This document shows positions 50,119-64,000 of a DNA stretch of 64,000 nucleotides, piece by piece (the stretch's first letter is position 1; each line of letters opens with the position of its first letter). The stretch is from contig NC_086108.1 of the NCBI RefSeq assembly GCF_963921235.1, positions 87,112,001 through 87,176,000 on the forward strand. Reading direction: 5' to 3'. Under the pieces are notes generated by a model that saw only the letters and a list, made by a program, of their open reading frames with translations, was not told the origin of the DNA and did no database searches. The DNA comes from Mobula hypostoma (taxonomy: Eukaryota). The position numbers were made by a program, and so were the translations under genes.

Positions 50119-51679
50119 ATACACTTTAGAATTAAGATTATGGATAAAACACATTTTTAATACTTATATCTGCTTTAATTTTGTTAGCATGTCCAAGTTC
50201 TGTTATGCATCTTAAGGAGCTCCCTGAAATTGTTAAATAACAAAGCATAAGCTTTTGAGGAATGGGAAATTGTGCTGTTTAGGGAGGTACTTTGAGGCTA
50301 TTAATCTGATGAGGTTTTCCACCACAGGGAGACTCCACTCCATTCATGTCTACTGCTGTTGTATGATTATTGGTAATGTTTAATGCCTTAACAAACCATG
50401 AGTAGGAAGTAATGAGCAATCATTCAATGGGTACAACACTAACCAGTCAATGTACAGGGAGCAACAAAACAGTGAACCAATGTGCAGGAACAACTTGCTA
50501 TTGGTAAGGGTCCTCTCATACCTAAAAGCGGAAAGCTATTAATTTCACATGGTATTCTTTACAGATAATGGACAATGGTAAACTTGGGCACAGGTATAAA
50601 TATGTAGCTTGATGGAACACTTTCTAGGTTCAGTAATTTTGACCAGCTTGTTATGGAGCCCTACCTACCCACCCTCCACCCTCCACCTTGGGAATTAGTG
50701 GTCAGGCTGTGTCTGCGGTTGAGTCATTCAAATTCCTGGGGACTACCGTTACCAATACATTGAACTGGGACAAGCACGTTATGCTCATCACAAGGAGAGT
50801 CCAGCAGTGATTGTGATTCCTAAGTCAGCTTAGGAAACTTAACATCTCAAGATGAATTTTTACTCGGCGTGGTGCCCACCTCTAATACCATTTGGTTTCC
50901 TGCCACCTCCTCCCTTTCCAAGTCCAGATTGCAGTGAGTGATCCACACAGCAGAGAAGATCGTTGGCTGTCAGCTACCGACATTAAAAGACTTGTTCATT
51001 GCCAGGGCAAAAAAAAAGAGCAGAAAAAAATGACTGCTAAGTCCACCAACCATAGCAGTCACCTAGTCACCAAATTACCATCAGGGAGACCCTGCATGTC
51101 TATCACCACCAGAACTCCCCGTCATCTCTGAAACTTCTTTCCTGTAGCTATTCAGCTTCTCAACAAAACATACTCAGGTGTAATATCCTAAATGCCCCTG
51201 CACAACATCCATTAAATGGTCTTTCCTGCTCTCTTTGTTCTGTTGATAATATTGAATCTGTTCATGTGTTCACATTTATTTAAATTTCATTATTGATGTC
51301 TGTGCTTATGACTGTTTTGCTAATTGTTGATTGCTCATGGCTGTTTTCACAATTGTCCTATAAATTGTTGGTTGCTAGTGTGTTGTCTGTTATGATATCA
51401 ACCTGTGTTTTATGCTTGGCACTGAACCACAATCAATTCTGGTGTGGTTCATATACTGGCAATGAAGTGATTCTGGTTCTGAATCTGAACCTTGAGGCCT
51501 TAAGAGTGGTTAGAGTTAATATTACAGCTTTAGTATTATTTATTGGTCTACCAATAGTATCAAGTCTGGAACATTTTGAGAAACTTTGTTGTTGATCTGC
51601 TATTTATCCGATCTGCAGTTTTAAACACAAGAAATTTTGCAGATGCTGGAAACCCAAAACATCTATGGAGAGGAATAAA

Positions 51680-51717
51680 CAGTCGACATTTTGGGCCAAG
51701 ACCCTTCATCAGGACTG
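51680..51717 (-). ncRNA. Degenerate hammerhead motif in a short Penelope pseudo-LTR relic
   Basis: Reverse complement CAGTC-CTGATGA-A-GGG-TCTTGG-CCC-AAAA-T-GTC-GACTG; G12 is mutated. Confidence 0.5.
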
Positions 51718-54159
51718 AGGACTGACAAAATGCTGTCTGACCTGTTCAGTTGCTCCAGCATTTTGTGTACTTTACTGTCACTTTAAAGCTGCATCTGAAA
51801 AAGCTAACTTTGAGTAACCATTCAGATCATATATATATATATGGATTTACATGAATAGGCATAGGGCAGGAACGTACGAGTTAATTTATAAAGCAGAAAG
51901 TACTTAAAGACTGTTCTTGAACATATTTTTGCTTACACTAAAGTAAACTGCCTCTTATTTATTTTTCTGATTGTGTATTGATTTTTCTTGACTGCAAAAG
52001 ATGGAAAGCAGCATTAGAAAATGTTAAAGGAACAACAGTGGAAATAAGGAGTCAGAACTGACAAACTCCTAGATATTTCTCAGATAATGAATCTGGTAAA
52101 ACATTGCTTATTTTGCCTTCCTTTATCTGATTCAAGGACAATCCCTAGAGCTTTTACTTTGTTTAATTATGTGCTTGAAATAGAGCCAAATCGCACAGTT
52201 ACTTACTGATAAAAATTACATTCTAAGTAACAGTATCTTTGCCAGTGGATTGGCCAATGTCATTTATTATGATGTATTATTTCTTCCAGGCAAGCATTTT
52301 CAAGTCAAGGTGACACATGGTTTAATCCTTTATTAAAAAATAGAAAAATCATCATGCTCTTGGATACAATGAGAAATATTTTAGCTAAAGGTTAAGGTAT
52401 AGTGTTATGTGAATCACCCTATTTATTACCTTGACACAGTGAAGGTTTTCCCATCATGTCAGACAGAGCAAATCACCATATTCTACTCTTATTCATCTGC
52501 ATATTGAAAACTGAATGCTTCATTTCAGTAGCAAATGTGTGAGGGCAAGAAGCCATGGTAATCTTGCTAAGTACTATCATATTGGAAAGAGTAAAACATG
52601 ATGTCAAACTGACAGTCACATTTCTCTACATCTGGTTGGTATCAGTTTCATTCATTTGGTGTCTGACAATCATATTATTCCTGTTACCGTTTGTCAGCAA
52701 CCAATAATAAGTACAATATTCTTTAGAAAGCAATGCTTATGCAAGTAAGGAGAGGAATTCTCTGGCACCTTGAAGCATGACCCAGAAACGTCTCATTGAC
52801 CAGGGTTAACATCCGAAAATTTAAGTGCTTCGAAATTCTATCAGAGCAGCCAAATAACTTAAGTTCAATTAATTAGCTGAAGAATCAGAGAGCTGGAATA
52901 AAAAGCAAGGATCATTAATGGTGATCATGAAACTACAACTTTTTTGGCTAACTTATCAGATTCTCTGATGTACTGGAGAGATGAAAATTGCTGGCCCCTA
53001 GTGACCTATCTTGTGATCCAAAGCCTAACTAAAATAGTTGGTCCTTAAATCCCTCTGAAACTGTATCAAATAGTGCCACGTTTTGCAATATTAACTGAGT
53101 ATACACAGAGCTGCTTTGTGGAACTATTGCACTGTCCTTTGTATGGACAATGTGTGTATGTACAGAGGAGAGGTGACATCAATCACCATGCAAGAAATCC
53201 AAGTCACTTTTGCCACTTGGACAATGTGGGTGCTAAACCTATGAATGATAATAGCAAGGAAACAGGTCCTTCAGCCCATCAAATCCCATTAAACTAATCC
53301 TATTTAATCCACCCATATGCCCCTGAATTTACCCCTAGATTCTATCACCAACCAAGGGGAAACTTACGGTGACTCGTTAACCACTAATTCAGGTATGTGG
53401 GAGGTAACCTATGGATCTAGAGAAAGCGCATGTGGTCACAGGAACCACTGACAAAGGCCACAGTTCAACTAAGATGCACCTTTGTGCCACCCTACGAAAT
53501 TAGAACTCCTTCATGTTGCCCAAGGCACGTGATCCACTCCTTATGTTAGCCCACCACGCTCTTTAAGCGGAATTTTCCAAGGGAGTCCTATTTATCAAGT
53601 GAATTCTCCTCCATAATCCTACCACAGTTTGCATACCACTATTGGCTGACTGTAATCAGGCCCTTGAGATACTGCATGATGCTAGCCCCAAACGAGCAAC
53701 AGTCAAATCATAGTCAAGGATTTAAATCAGGTTTGTTTAAAGAAATCCTTGCCCAATTCCCATCAGAGTATAACCTGTAGCACCAGAAGTCCCAACACTA
53801 GACCACTGCGATATTAAGAAAAGGAATGCATATTGTTTCATGCCTAGACTGCACTTTGGACATCTGACCACTTGGCTGTCCTTCTCCTACCTGCTTACAG
53901 GCAGAGATTAAAGAGCAAGGCTCCAGAGATTAGGACAGTAAAGAGGAGGTCGCAGGAGGCAGAGGAGCGACTATGGGATTGCTTCAAATCAGACCTTGTT
54001 AAAGGACTCATCTGTGGATCTGAATTAATAGACTACAGTTGTCTATATTAAAACAGTCATAGACGAGTGTGGCCCCACAAAATCATTCAGAGACTTCCCC
54101 AATCAGAAGCCCTGGATGAATCATGAGATCCACAATCTCCTGAGAGCCAGATCAGGGGC

Positions 54160-55660
54160 ATCCTTCAAACTTCCTCCTTCCTTCAACTCCCACTTCTTTC
54201 AAACAAAAGGGGTAGCCGTGGGCACTTGCAAGGGTCACAGCTATGCCTGCCTGTTTGTCGGCTACATGGAACAATCTATGTTCCAAACCTACACTGGTGA
54301 CCGTCCCGCACTTTTCCTGCGCTACATTGACGACTGCATTGGTGCTGCTTCCTGCGCCCTTGCAGAACTCATCGACTTTATCCACTTCACTTCCAGCTTC
54401 CACCCTGCCCTCAAATTCACCTAATCCATTTCTGACACCTCCCTTCCCTTTCTCGATCTCACTGCCTCCATTTCCAGAGACAGCTTATCCACCGATACCT
54501 ATTACAAACCCATGGACTCACACAGCTACCTAGACTACACCTCGTCCCACCCCACTACTTGTAAAAAATGCCATTTCCTTTTCTCAATTCCTCTGTCTCC
54601 ACCACATCTGCTCTCAAGATGAGGCTTTTCATTTTAGAATGAAGGAGATGTCCTCCTTTTTCAAAGAAAGGTGCTTCCCTTCCTCAAACCGTCAACGCTG
54701 CCCTCAACTGCATCTCTTCCATTTCTCACATGTCTGCTCTTATTCCATCCTCCCGCCACCCTACCAGGGATAGGGTTCCTCTTATCCTCACCTATCACCC
54801 CACCAGCCTCCACGTCCAGCATATCATTCTCCGAAACTTCCACTACCTCCAACAGAATCCCACCACCAAGCACATCCTTCCGTTTCCCCCCCACCCCACT
54901 TTCTGCTTTCCATAGGGATCACTCCTTACGCGACTCCCTCGTCCACTTGTCCCTCCCCACTGATCACCCTCGGCACTTATACTTGCATGCGGAAAAGTGC
55001 TACAGCTAGGCCTACAGCTCCTCGCTCACTACCATCTAGGGCCCTAAACAGTCCTTCCAGGTGAGGCGACACTTCACCTGTGAGTCTTTTGGGGTCATTT
55101 ACTGTGTTCGGTGCACCCAGTGTGGCCTCCTGAATATTTCTGAGTGCTGACGTAGATTGGGAGACCGCTTCACCGAACATCTATGCTCCGTCCGACAGAA
55201 CAAGCGCGATCTCCCAGTGGCCACCCATTTTAATTCCACTTCCCATTCCCATTCCAATATGTCTATCCACGGTCTCCTCCACTGTCGTGTTAAGGCCACA
55301 CTTAGGTTGGAGGAAGAAAACCCTATATTCCATTTGGGTAGCCTCCAACCTAATGGCATGAACATCAATTTCTCCAACTTCCAGTAATGCCCTTAAACAA
55401 TTCCAACCCCCCGCCCCTTCTCCATTTCCCATCCCTTTTCACTCTCTCACCTCATCTCACCAATCAACTTCCCAGCTCCTTACTTCATCCCTCCCCCTCC
55501 AGGTTCCACCTATCAGCTCATAGTGCTCCCCCCACCTTTTAAATCTACTCCTCAGCTTTTTTCTCCAGTCCTGCCAAAGGGTTTTGACCCGAAAGGTCGA
55601 CTGTACTTTTTTCCATAGGTGCTGCCTGGCCTGCTGAGTTCCTCCAGCATTTTGTGTGCA
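54160..55660 (+). mobile_element. Penelope-like element (RT C-terminal half, GIY-YIG, pseudo-LTR) inserted in a Rex1 fragment
   Basis: FFQTKGVAVG...SYACLFVG...LRYIDD, HFTCESFGVIYCVRC, RLEEENPIFHLGSLQPNGMN, and a degenerate hammerhead at 55566-55603. Rex1 sequence flanks both sides (about 53960-54160 and 55690-56060). Confidence 0.88.
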
Positions 55661-56083
55661 CTGCTCTTGTCTCTTGTTTGTATTGTTTGTCAGAAGCATT
55701 CAAGTCTGACGAACAAAGAAGTTACAAGAAGTGCAGGTATGATCTCCGAAAAGGCAGCTCATGGATGCAGTGGCAATTCTGGACTAAACTTGAATCAATG
55801 AAGGATGCTCGACAGCTGTGGCAGCGCTTCAATGTCATCACCTCTTACAAAGTGAAATCAAGCAGCACAGGTGACCACAGGGTTTTGCTTCCAGATGAGC
55901 TCAATGCCTTCTATGCTCGCTTTGACCTTCAAAATGTGGAGTAACTATCACAAACTCCCAACAGCCCTGATGATCCTGTGATTTCAGTCGGCATGAAAGC
56001 ATCCTTCAGGAGGGTGAACCCCTGAGGAAGCATTCAGCTCAGGTGGCTGAGCACTAAAAACCTGATCAGAGTGTTCAAAGAAT

Positions 56084-56725
56084 TTAGAATTTATTTAAAT
56101 CTTACATCCATCCCACAATGTGAAGGAGTAAAAATTTTGCGTTATGACTCTGTCACAATGTACAGACATGTGAATTTAAAAGGCTTGTAGAAAGAAGCTG
56201 TTCCATAGCCTGTTGGTCCTGGCCGTAATGCCGTGGTACCGTTTGCCAGACAGAAGCAGCTGAAACAGTTTATGGTTGGGGTGACTGGTGTCTCCAATGA
56301 TCTTCCAGGCCTTCTTTCTGCACCTGCTGCTATAAATGTCCTCAATGGAGGGAAGCTCACATCCATATAGGCGCTGGGCCGTTCGTAACACTCTGTACAG
56401 TGCCCAGTGATCAAGGTTGGTGCAGTCCCCATACCAGGTGGTGATACAGCCAGTCAGGATACTCTTAATCGTGCCCCTGTAGAAGGTCTTGAGGATTTGG
56501 GGGCCCATGCTGAACTTCTTCAGCCTACTGAGGTGGAAGAAACACTGTTGTGTTTTTTTTTGCCACAAAGTCAGTGCATACAGTCCAGGTGAGATCATCA
56601 GTGATGTGTATTCCAAGGAACTTGAAACTACTCACCCTCTCAACTACAGACCCATTCATTGATGTTGATCATGCCGAGCCTGTCTCTGTTCCTCCTGTAA
56701 TCTACAATCAGCTCCTTTGTTTCTT
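56084..56725 (-). mobile_element. Rex1/Babar LINE 3' portion
   Basis: ORF 56176-56616 reads FYRGTIKSILTGCITTWYG...HPNHKLFQLL. Confidence 0.8.
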
Positions 56726-56999
56726 GGACAATAAGGTTGCAAGGTCCATTTATTATCACAGAGTACAAATCGAAAATCCTTCTATTCTCCGGGTAGCCAT
56801 GCAACCAAGAAATAAAAGAAAGACAACACAGTTATCAACCCCAAAATCTCACCTCCCCACAAAAAAATAAACAAAAATGGAACAGGCACGTTGACGCCCC
56901 CCCCCCCCACATCCAAATCCCTCCTCTCCGCAAAAAAACAAACAAAAACAGAACAGGCACATCGCCTGACCCCACCCCCCTCCAATCCCCATCTTTAAC

Positions 57000-57990
57000 T
57001 GATATCTTCGACTTCTCACCTCGGCAGTCTGAGTTACCCACCTGCTTTAAGCAGGCTTCAATTCTGGGGGTATCCAGAACTAGAGGGCACAGCCTCATAA
57101 TTGAGGGGTGACCTTTCAGAATAGAGGTAAGGTGGAATATTTTTAGCCAGAGAGTAGTAAATCTGTGGAATGCTCTGCCACAGACTGCAGTGCAGGCCAG
57201 GTCCGTGGGTATATTTAAGGTGGAAGTTGCCAGTTTCCTGATCGGTCAGGGCATCAAGGGATATAGTGGGAAGGCAGGTGTATGGGGTTGAGTGGTCTCC
57301 GGGATCAGCCATGATGGAATGGCAGAGCAGACTCGATTAGCTGAATGACTTAATTCTGCTCATGTGTCCTATGGTCTAATTGTAGCTGTGCCTAAGAAGA
57401 TCGTGGTAATTTGCCTCAGTGACTGTTGTCCAGTAGCACATACATCCACAGTGATGAAGTCTTTTGAGAGGTTGGTGATGGAACGTATCAGCTCCTGCCT
57501 GACTTGGATCTGCTCCAATTTGCCTACCATTGAAACATGTCCACAGCAGATGCCATTTCATTGGCTCTTCACTCAACCCTGGAACATGTAGAGAGCAAAG
57601 ATGCATACATCAGGATGCTCTTTATTGCTTATAACTCAACGTTCAGTATTATCATACCCTCAAAATTAATCAATAATCTTCAAGACCTTGGCCTCAGTGC
57701 TTCCTTGTGCAATTAGATCCTTGATTTCCTCTCCTACAGACCCCAGTCAGTTTGGATTGGCAACAGCATCTCCTCCACAATCTCCATCAGCACAGGGACA
57801 CCACAAGTCTGTGTGCTTAGTCCCCTGTACTTCTTGCTTTACGGTAATGACTGTATGGCTAAGCACAACTCCAGTGCCATATTTAAGTTTGCTGCCGACC
57901 CCACAGTCGTTGGCTGAAGCAAAGGTGGAGATTGAAAATCTGGCTGAGTGGTGCCACATCAATAACAATCTATGTCAGCAAGACCAAGGA
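57000..57990 (+). mobile_element. Rex1 RT fragment interrupted by a CR1 3' end (57064-57377)
   Basis: VPKK...PVAHTSTVMKSFERLVM resumes after the CR1 piece; AATT is duplicated at 57060-57063 and 57378-57381. Confidence 0.75.
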
Positions 57991-58119
57991 ACTGTTTTTA
58001 ATATATTATTTCTGCTTTTGCATTAATTTAACTATTTTGTATATATTTACTGTAATTGATTTTTTTTCTATACTTTCATTCTGTCACTAAATAAACAAAT
58101 TTTACAACACATGTCAGTC

Positions 58120-59766
58120 GGTCCCGCAGGGTTCAGTGCTGGGACTGCAACTGTTTACAATATGCATTAATGATTTAGATGAAGAGATTAAAAGTAACAT
58201 TAGCAAATTTGCAGATGACACAAAGCTGGGAGGCAGTGTGAAATGTGAGGAGGATGTTATGAGAATGCAGGGTGACTTGGACAGGCTGGGTGAGTGGGCA
58301 GATGCATGGCAGATGCAGTTTAATGTGGATAAATGTGAGGTTATCCACTTTGGTGGTAAGAACAGGAAGGCAGATTATTATCTAAATGGAGTCAAGTTAG
58401 GAAAAGGGGAAGTACAATGAGATCTAGGTGTTCTTATACATCAGTCACTGAAAGCAAGCATGCAGGTACAGCAGGCAGTGAAGAAAGCTAATGACATGCT
58501 GGCCTTCATAACAAGGGGAATTGAGTGTAGCCCCCCCCCCCCCCCCCAGCCACCCTCAGGGTCGCTGGGATCACTGTTGTCTAGGGAAACAGCCTCGGCC
58601 CCGGCAAACTGGGTAATTCGTTTGTGTGGATGCTGTGTGAGGTACGCCACCCGCCCAAATAACAGACAATACACCAGATGCAATTAAATGATTTACAGTT
58701 TATAGATATTACTGGAACTATATAATTAAAAGAGAATAAAATATAAAAGGAAAATAAAAGGTGCCACACTTATCAAAGTTCAATCTCTTCGTGCACAAAA
58801 ACCGTTGGAGCTCAAGGACCTTCTTCTTCACCCCGTGACCACCTCGACCGGCCGCCTGGGACCAACAACGGTGGTCGACCAGACGCTCCACACGAGTCTG
58901 TCTCCGTCTCCTCGCCAAACGTCTGCCCCAAAACCCCGCGCATACAGTATCTTCAAATACACCAAAACCATAACAACTATCCCAATTGGTTAATAGCACT
59001 TACTTATCACACTCTAAAGGAAAACAAGTTGCTAGCGCAAACTTTCTCAGCGTTTAACACAACAAAGCCACATTCCCCAGATTAACATAACAAAGACGCC
59101 ATTTTAATTAGCCTCCGCAGTAACAAAAGTCGAAACCCCTTTACATGAGTATAAGAGCAAAGAGTTCCTCCTGCAGCTGTACAGGGCCCTGGTGAGACCA
59201 CACCTGGAGTATTGTGTGCAGTTTTGGTCTCCAAATTTGAGGAAGGACATTCTTGCTATTGAGGGAGTGCAGCGTAGGTTCACAAGGTTAATTCCCAAGA
59301 TGGTGGGACTGTCATATGTTGAAAGATTGGAGCGACTAGGCTTGTATACACTGGAATTTAGAAGGATGAGAGGGGATCTGATTGAAACATACAAGATTAT
59401 TAAGGGATTGGACATGCTGGAGGCAGGAAGCATGTTCCCGCTGATGGGTGAGTCCAGAACCAAAGGCCACAGTTTAAGAATAAGGGGTAGACAATTCAGA
59501 ATGGAGCTGAGGAAAAACTTTTTCACCTAGAGAGTGGTGGATATGTGGAATGCTCTGCCCCAGAAGGCAGTGGAGGCAATGTCTCTGAATGCTTTCAAGA
59601 AAGAGATGGCTAGAGCTCTTAAAGATAGCGGATCAAAGGTTATGGGGATAAGGCAGGAATTGGATACTGATTGTGGATGATCAGCCATGATCACAGTAAT
59701 GTCATATCCTGGCTCGAAGGGCCGAATGGCCTACTCCTGCACCTATTGTCTATTGACTATTGTCTA
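58120..59766 (+). mobile_element. 5'-truncated CR1 LINE interrupted by a solo LTR
   Basis: GSVLGLQLF...KFADDTKLG, then TRGIE|YKSKE split by the LTR, then RPHLEYCVQFWSP and a (CTATTGT)n tail. Confidence 0.9.
58526..59145 (-). mobile_element. Gypsy-type solo LTR (620 bp)
   Basis: TG...CA ends with TSD TGAG at 58522-58525 and 59146-59149; removing it restores the CR1 frame. Reverse complement shares blocks with the LTR at 41073. Confidence 0.9.
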
Positions 59767-60162
59767 TTAAACCGGATTCTGACCTTTGACTTCATGAGGA
59801 GGAACCCGGAGGTCCATGAGCCAGTCATCATTGGGGAATCAGAGGTAGAGAGGTTCAGCTTCCTTCATATTGTTATTTCGGAGTACTTGTCCTGGTCCCA
59901 CCATGTAAGTGCAATTATGAAGAAAGCATGGCAGCGCTTCTACTTCCTTACAAGTTCGTGAAGATTCAACATGATTTCTGAAACTTGACAAACTTCTATA
60001 AATAGGTAGTGGAGAGTATATTGACTGGCTGCATCACAGCCTGGTATGGAAACACCAGTTCCCTTGATAGAAAATCCTGCAAGAAGTAGTGGATAGCTCC
60101 AGTCGATCACAGGTAAAGCTCTGCCCACCATTGAGCACTTCTGTATGGGACTTTGTCACAGG

Positions 60163-60995
60163 TGTTACGTACCCCGTAACTGGGTTGCCAAACCAGCAGA
60201 ACTGGACCACTAGTTGGAGTCTGGTTTACTAGAAACTAATAAAGTTTTATTAAAGAAATAAGTAACACAGTACTCTAATCGTAACGATATAAATGCAACA
60301 GGTTAGCAATGATAAAACACACATGTACACAGAACTAGGGTAATAGGAATCAACCAAGCTCTATCGCAGTCTAGGGGTAAAATGATCAGTCTTAAGTAAC
60401 GCAGAGTTCAGTTCAGCTTAGTGCAATTCGCAGTAATCGCTGTTGTGCCGTTGGAGGGGGGGGAATGCAAATTTGATTCAAGCAGACCTTTGATGTTCTT
60501 CGCAGTTTGCTTTCGGGCGGACCCTTTTATGTCTTCTATCCCGCTGTGGTCACCAACTGTGACCCCTCCGTTCCGGATACGACCGTTCTTCCGCGGTGAA
60601 CCCGGCACCCAGACAAGGGCGGACACACACACCAGGTTCCCACCGATCGTACCTTTTCACCCTGTGAGTCTATGGTCGGTTCCCGTGAACTGGACCTCCA
60701 AACTCCTACCAACTTGTGGGGGCACACTGCTCTTTCAGGGTCTCGTTATCTCGTGATCTCGTGGTGTCTGCCGTGCCTTAGCAACCTGTTCTTTTTATCC
60801 CCGTGCTGGGGTATCGCCTGTCCATCGAACTTCAAACAGTTCAGGTTCAAAGCAACCGGTCTGTCAATATTCTGAATTGTGTTTCTTTTCCGTTATCTCT
60901 CTCTCCTCTCTCATTAACATTTTGAACGTTTCTCCATTGTCTCCCTTATCTCTCTCATCAGCATCAATCGGCTGATAACTTGGTTTGGCGTCACA
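60163..60995 (-). repeat. 3' LTR of the Gmr1-type element (833 bp)
   Basis: TGTGACG...CGTAACA inverted termini directly after the PPT; abuts a Rex1 remnant at 60162. Confidence 0.85.
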
Positions 60996-63900
60996 CCCCT
61001 ATCCTTCAAAGGATTTTTACCAGGGTAAAAATTATGGGCATGAATACATTATTAGATACACACTAATATACAGGGTCATCAGCTATTCGGCTAATACAGA
61101 GAACTTTAAGTTTTCAACACCTTGACAGACAGTAAGCAATCACATTGTCCGTTCCTTTTATATGTTTTATTTTAATATCAAATTCCTGTAAGACCAGGCT
61201 CCAACTTAGCAATCTTTTGTTTTTATCTTTCATAGTGGCCAAAAACACTAATGGGTTGTGATCAGTGTAAATTACCAGTGGTTTCCATGCGGACAAATAT
61301 AAACCTCAAAATGTTGTAATGCTAGTATGATGGCCAGTAACTCCTTTTCCACAGTGGAATAATTTCTCTGATGGATATTAAATTTCTTAGAAAAGTAAGC
61401 CACTGGGTGGTCAATCTCCTCTTTTTCTGTCTGCAACAGCACCGCCCCGGCTGCTTCGTCACTAGCATCTGTTGCTAGGGAGAAGGGTTTTGAAAAGTCA
61501 GGCGCATTCAGCACAGGATGGTGACACAGAATCGCTTTCAGACTCTCGAAGGCCTGTTGACAAAGGTCCTTCCACACAAACTTCGCATTCTTTGGCAAGA
61601 GCTTAGTAAGAGGGAGGGTAATATCCGCAAAGTCTTTGCAAAACTTCCTATAGTACCCCACCATCCCCAAGAACCTTCTCAGGGCTGTCTTGTCTGTCGG
61701 GGTGGGGACTTCAGAGATAGCCCGCACCTTAGCCTGCATCGGTGCCAGCTGCCTCTGTCCTACCACAAACCCCAGATAAGTGACCTTAGCGTGGCTGAAT
61801 TCACTTTTAGCGAGGTTCACTGTCAGGTTGGCTTCCAACAGCCTCTTAAACAGCTCCTCTACTGCCACAATGTGCTCCTCCCACGTGTCACTCCAGACCA
61901 TTAAATCGTCAATATACGCTTCTGCGTTCTTTAACCCTTTTATCACTGAATTAATCACCCTCTGGAAGGTCCTTGGGGCGTTTTTCATGCCAAAAGGTAA
62001 AACATTATACTCGTATAACCCGGATGGAGTGACAAATGCTGAGATTTCTCTAGCCCGGTCGGTTAAAGGAACGCACCAGTACCCTTTCAGCAAATCAATC
62101 TTTGTGATGTACTTAGCTCTCCTCACTTTATCGATGCAATTGTCTACCCCTGGGATGGGATACGCATCAGTTTTTGTGATGGCGTTCACTTTTCTGTAAA
62201 CTGTACAGAATCGTATGCTCCCATCGACTTTCGGGACAACCACACAGCGGGGGCACTCATTCCGATTTGAATGGCCTAATAATATCTGTGGCTAACATGT
62301 GTTCAATTTCTTTCTCCACTAGCTTGCCCTTCTCCAAGTTCATCCTATAGGGGTGTTGTTTAATAGGCTGGTCTGAGGTGACAACAACATCATGCACCAT
62401 CCCTTTGCATTGCCTCGGGACGTCCGGACATACGTCTGTGGGCTGATTAATTAGCTTTATCAGCGGCTCGCTCTGTTCGGGGGTTAGGTGAGGACCTTAT
62501 CAGCAAAATTGGCCAAAACAATAGAGTTCTCCAATCGGGTCGGCACCATATTTATCTTTTCAAGATGGGTTTTCCCTGTATCATTTGACACCCCAGTCTC
62601 ATTAATTTTCGTGATAACACCAACTAGATCTGCTTTCTGATCGTGGTAAGCTTTTAACATGTTAATGTGTACCAACTGTGTGGGTTTACGCCTGTCCGGC
62701 GTTTCGATAACATAATTCAAAGGGTCTATCTTTTTAATTACCTTGTACGGACCGTGGAATCTCGCCTGGAGGGGGTTGGTTACCACTGGAAACAGAACTA
62801 AGACCTGATCGCCCACTTGAAACACTTGTTCACGGGCACGCCTATCATACCATTGTTTCATTTTAGTTTGGGAGTGTCGTAGATTTTCTTTGGCAAGGTC
62901 ACAGATCCTTTTAAGCCTCTCACGAAATTTTAAAACATAATCAATCACATTAACTTGGACTGCCGGACTGGACCGTTGCTCTTCCAGTAAGGTCAGGGGG
63001 TCTCTGGGCCGATGACTGAAGATGAGCTCGAATGGGCTGAACCCCAATGACTCCTAAACCGTGTCCCTCACGGCAAATAGCAAAAGGGGCAGAGCATCAT
63101 CCCAGCCCCTAGCGTTCTCTTGACAGTAAATTTTAACCATAGTCTTTAATGTTGCGTGGAATCGTTCCAACACCCCTTGGGACTCTGGGTGGTACGCAGA
63201 GGCCAAAATCTGCTTTGCTCCCATCTCATCCAACATCCGTCGGAATGTGTGAGATGTGAAGACACTCCCCTGATCTGACTGGATTTCCCTGGGCAGCCCC
63301 ACTGTAGTGAAAAATTTCACAAGTGCGTTTACCACTGCGGGAGCCTTGACGCTTGCCAGGGGCACAGCCTCCGGAAACCTGGTGGCGGCGCACATCATAG
63401 TCATCACATACACCCGCCCACTCGCAGTTCTGGGAAGGGGACCGACAAAATCCACAATTATTCAGGGAAAAGGTTCCCCGAAAGCGGGTATCGGTCGCAG
63501 GGGTGCTTTAGGCAGGACCTGGTTCGGTTTTCCTACCACCTGACATAAATGACATCGCCTACAATATTCAATAATATCCTTCCTCATGTTCGGCCAGTAA
63601 AACTCTTTCATAATTCTGTCACTGTCTTCCTCACCCTAGAATGTCCACCGAGGGGTATCTTGTGGGCCAGGTTAAAAATCTCGCCCCTATTAATTTTTGG
63701 CACTACCACCTGGTGTACCACTCCCCATTCCTCATCTGCGGGCATGGTACTTGGTCTCCATTTACTCATTAGTACTCCCTCCTTCACATAATAGCCCACT
63801 GGCTCCCTTTTTAATTCTGCTTCGGAGAGAACTGTCTCCGCCAAAACCATTAGCTCCTCGTCTCGTTCCTGTGCCTGTGTATAAATTCCTTCCTTGCTAA

Positions 63901-64000
63901 TGATAAATCTACCTCAACTCCCTCACTTCCTTCCGCTTCATTATGCTCCTTCTTCTCACTTTCTAACTCCTCCTGGTACAAAGCTGGTAAAAACGTCTCA
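60163..64000 (-). mobile_element. Gmr1-type Ty3/Gypsy retrotransposon (integrase upstream of RT), continuing beyond the window
   Basis: Minus-strand order: zinc finger (AHKIPLGGH, about 63650), integrase core (DFVGPLP, SDQG, AYHPESQG; 63054-63455), GPY module (62484-63047), RT (YIDD) and RNase H (61114-62243), PPT GAAGGATAGGGG (60996-61007), LTR. Stops and frameshifts present. Confidence 0.9.

Noticed and set aside
51990..52100. Exon-like segment after a pyrimidine tract
   Set aside because: All three frames contain stops.
56839..56992. Two-copy ~65-bp tandem duplication with C and A runs
   Set aside because: It is low-complexity sequence between LINE fragments with no supportable function.

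Overview
Vertebrate genomic DNA, intergenic or intronic. The repeat families (CR1, Rex1/Babar, HE1-like V-SINE, Penelope-like, Gypsy) point to a cartilaginous fish, probably a ray; this is inferred from recalled family motifs, not from a database search. I found no supportable host exon. Much of the window is nested, mostly decayed transposable elements: a Tigger/pogo DNA transposon; a near-full CR1 LINE (esterase ORF1 plus APE-RT ORF2) and many CR1, Rex1, RTE and Tx1 fragments; several SINEs; a canonical Gypsy element whose 3' LTR carries a G-rich minisatellite expansion; two related solo LTRs with 4-bp TSDs; and a Gmr1-type Gypsy with integrase upstream of RT. The most notable structures are short inverted (fold-back) Penelope-derived insertions carrying minimal hammerhead-ribozyme motifs on both arms, two of them with 14-bp TSDs. 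Coordinates without a TSD or terminal motif are approximate.
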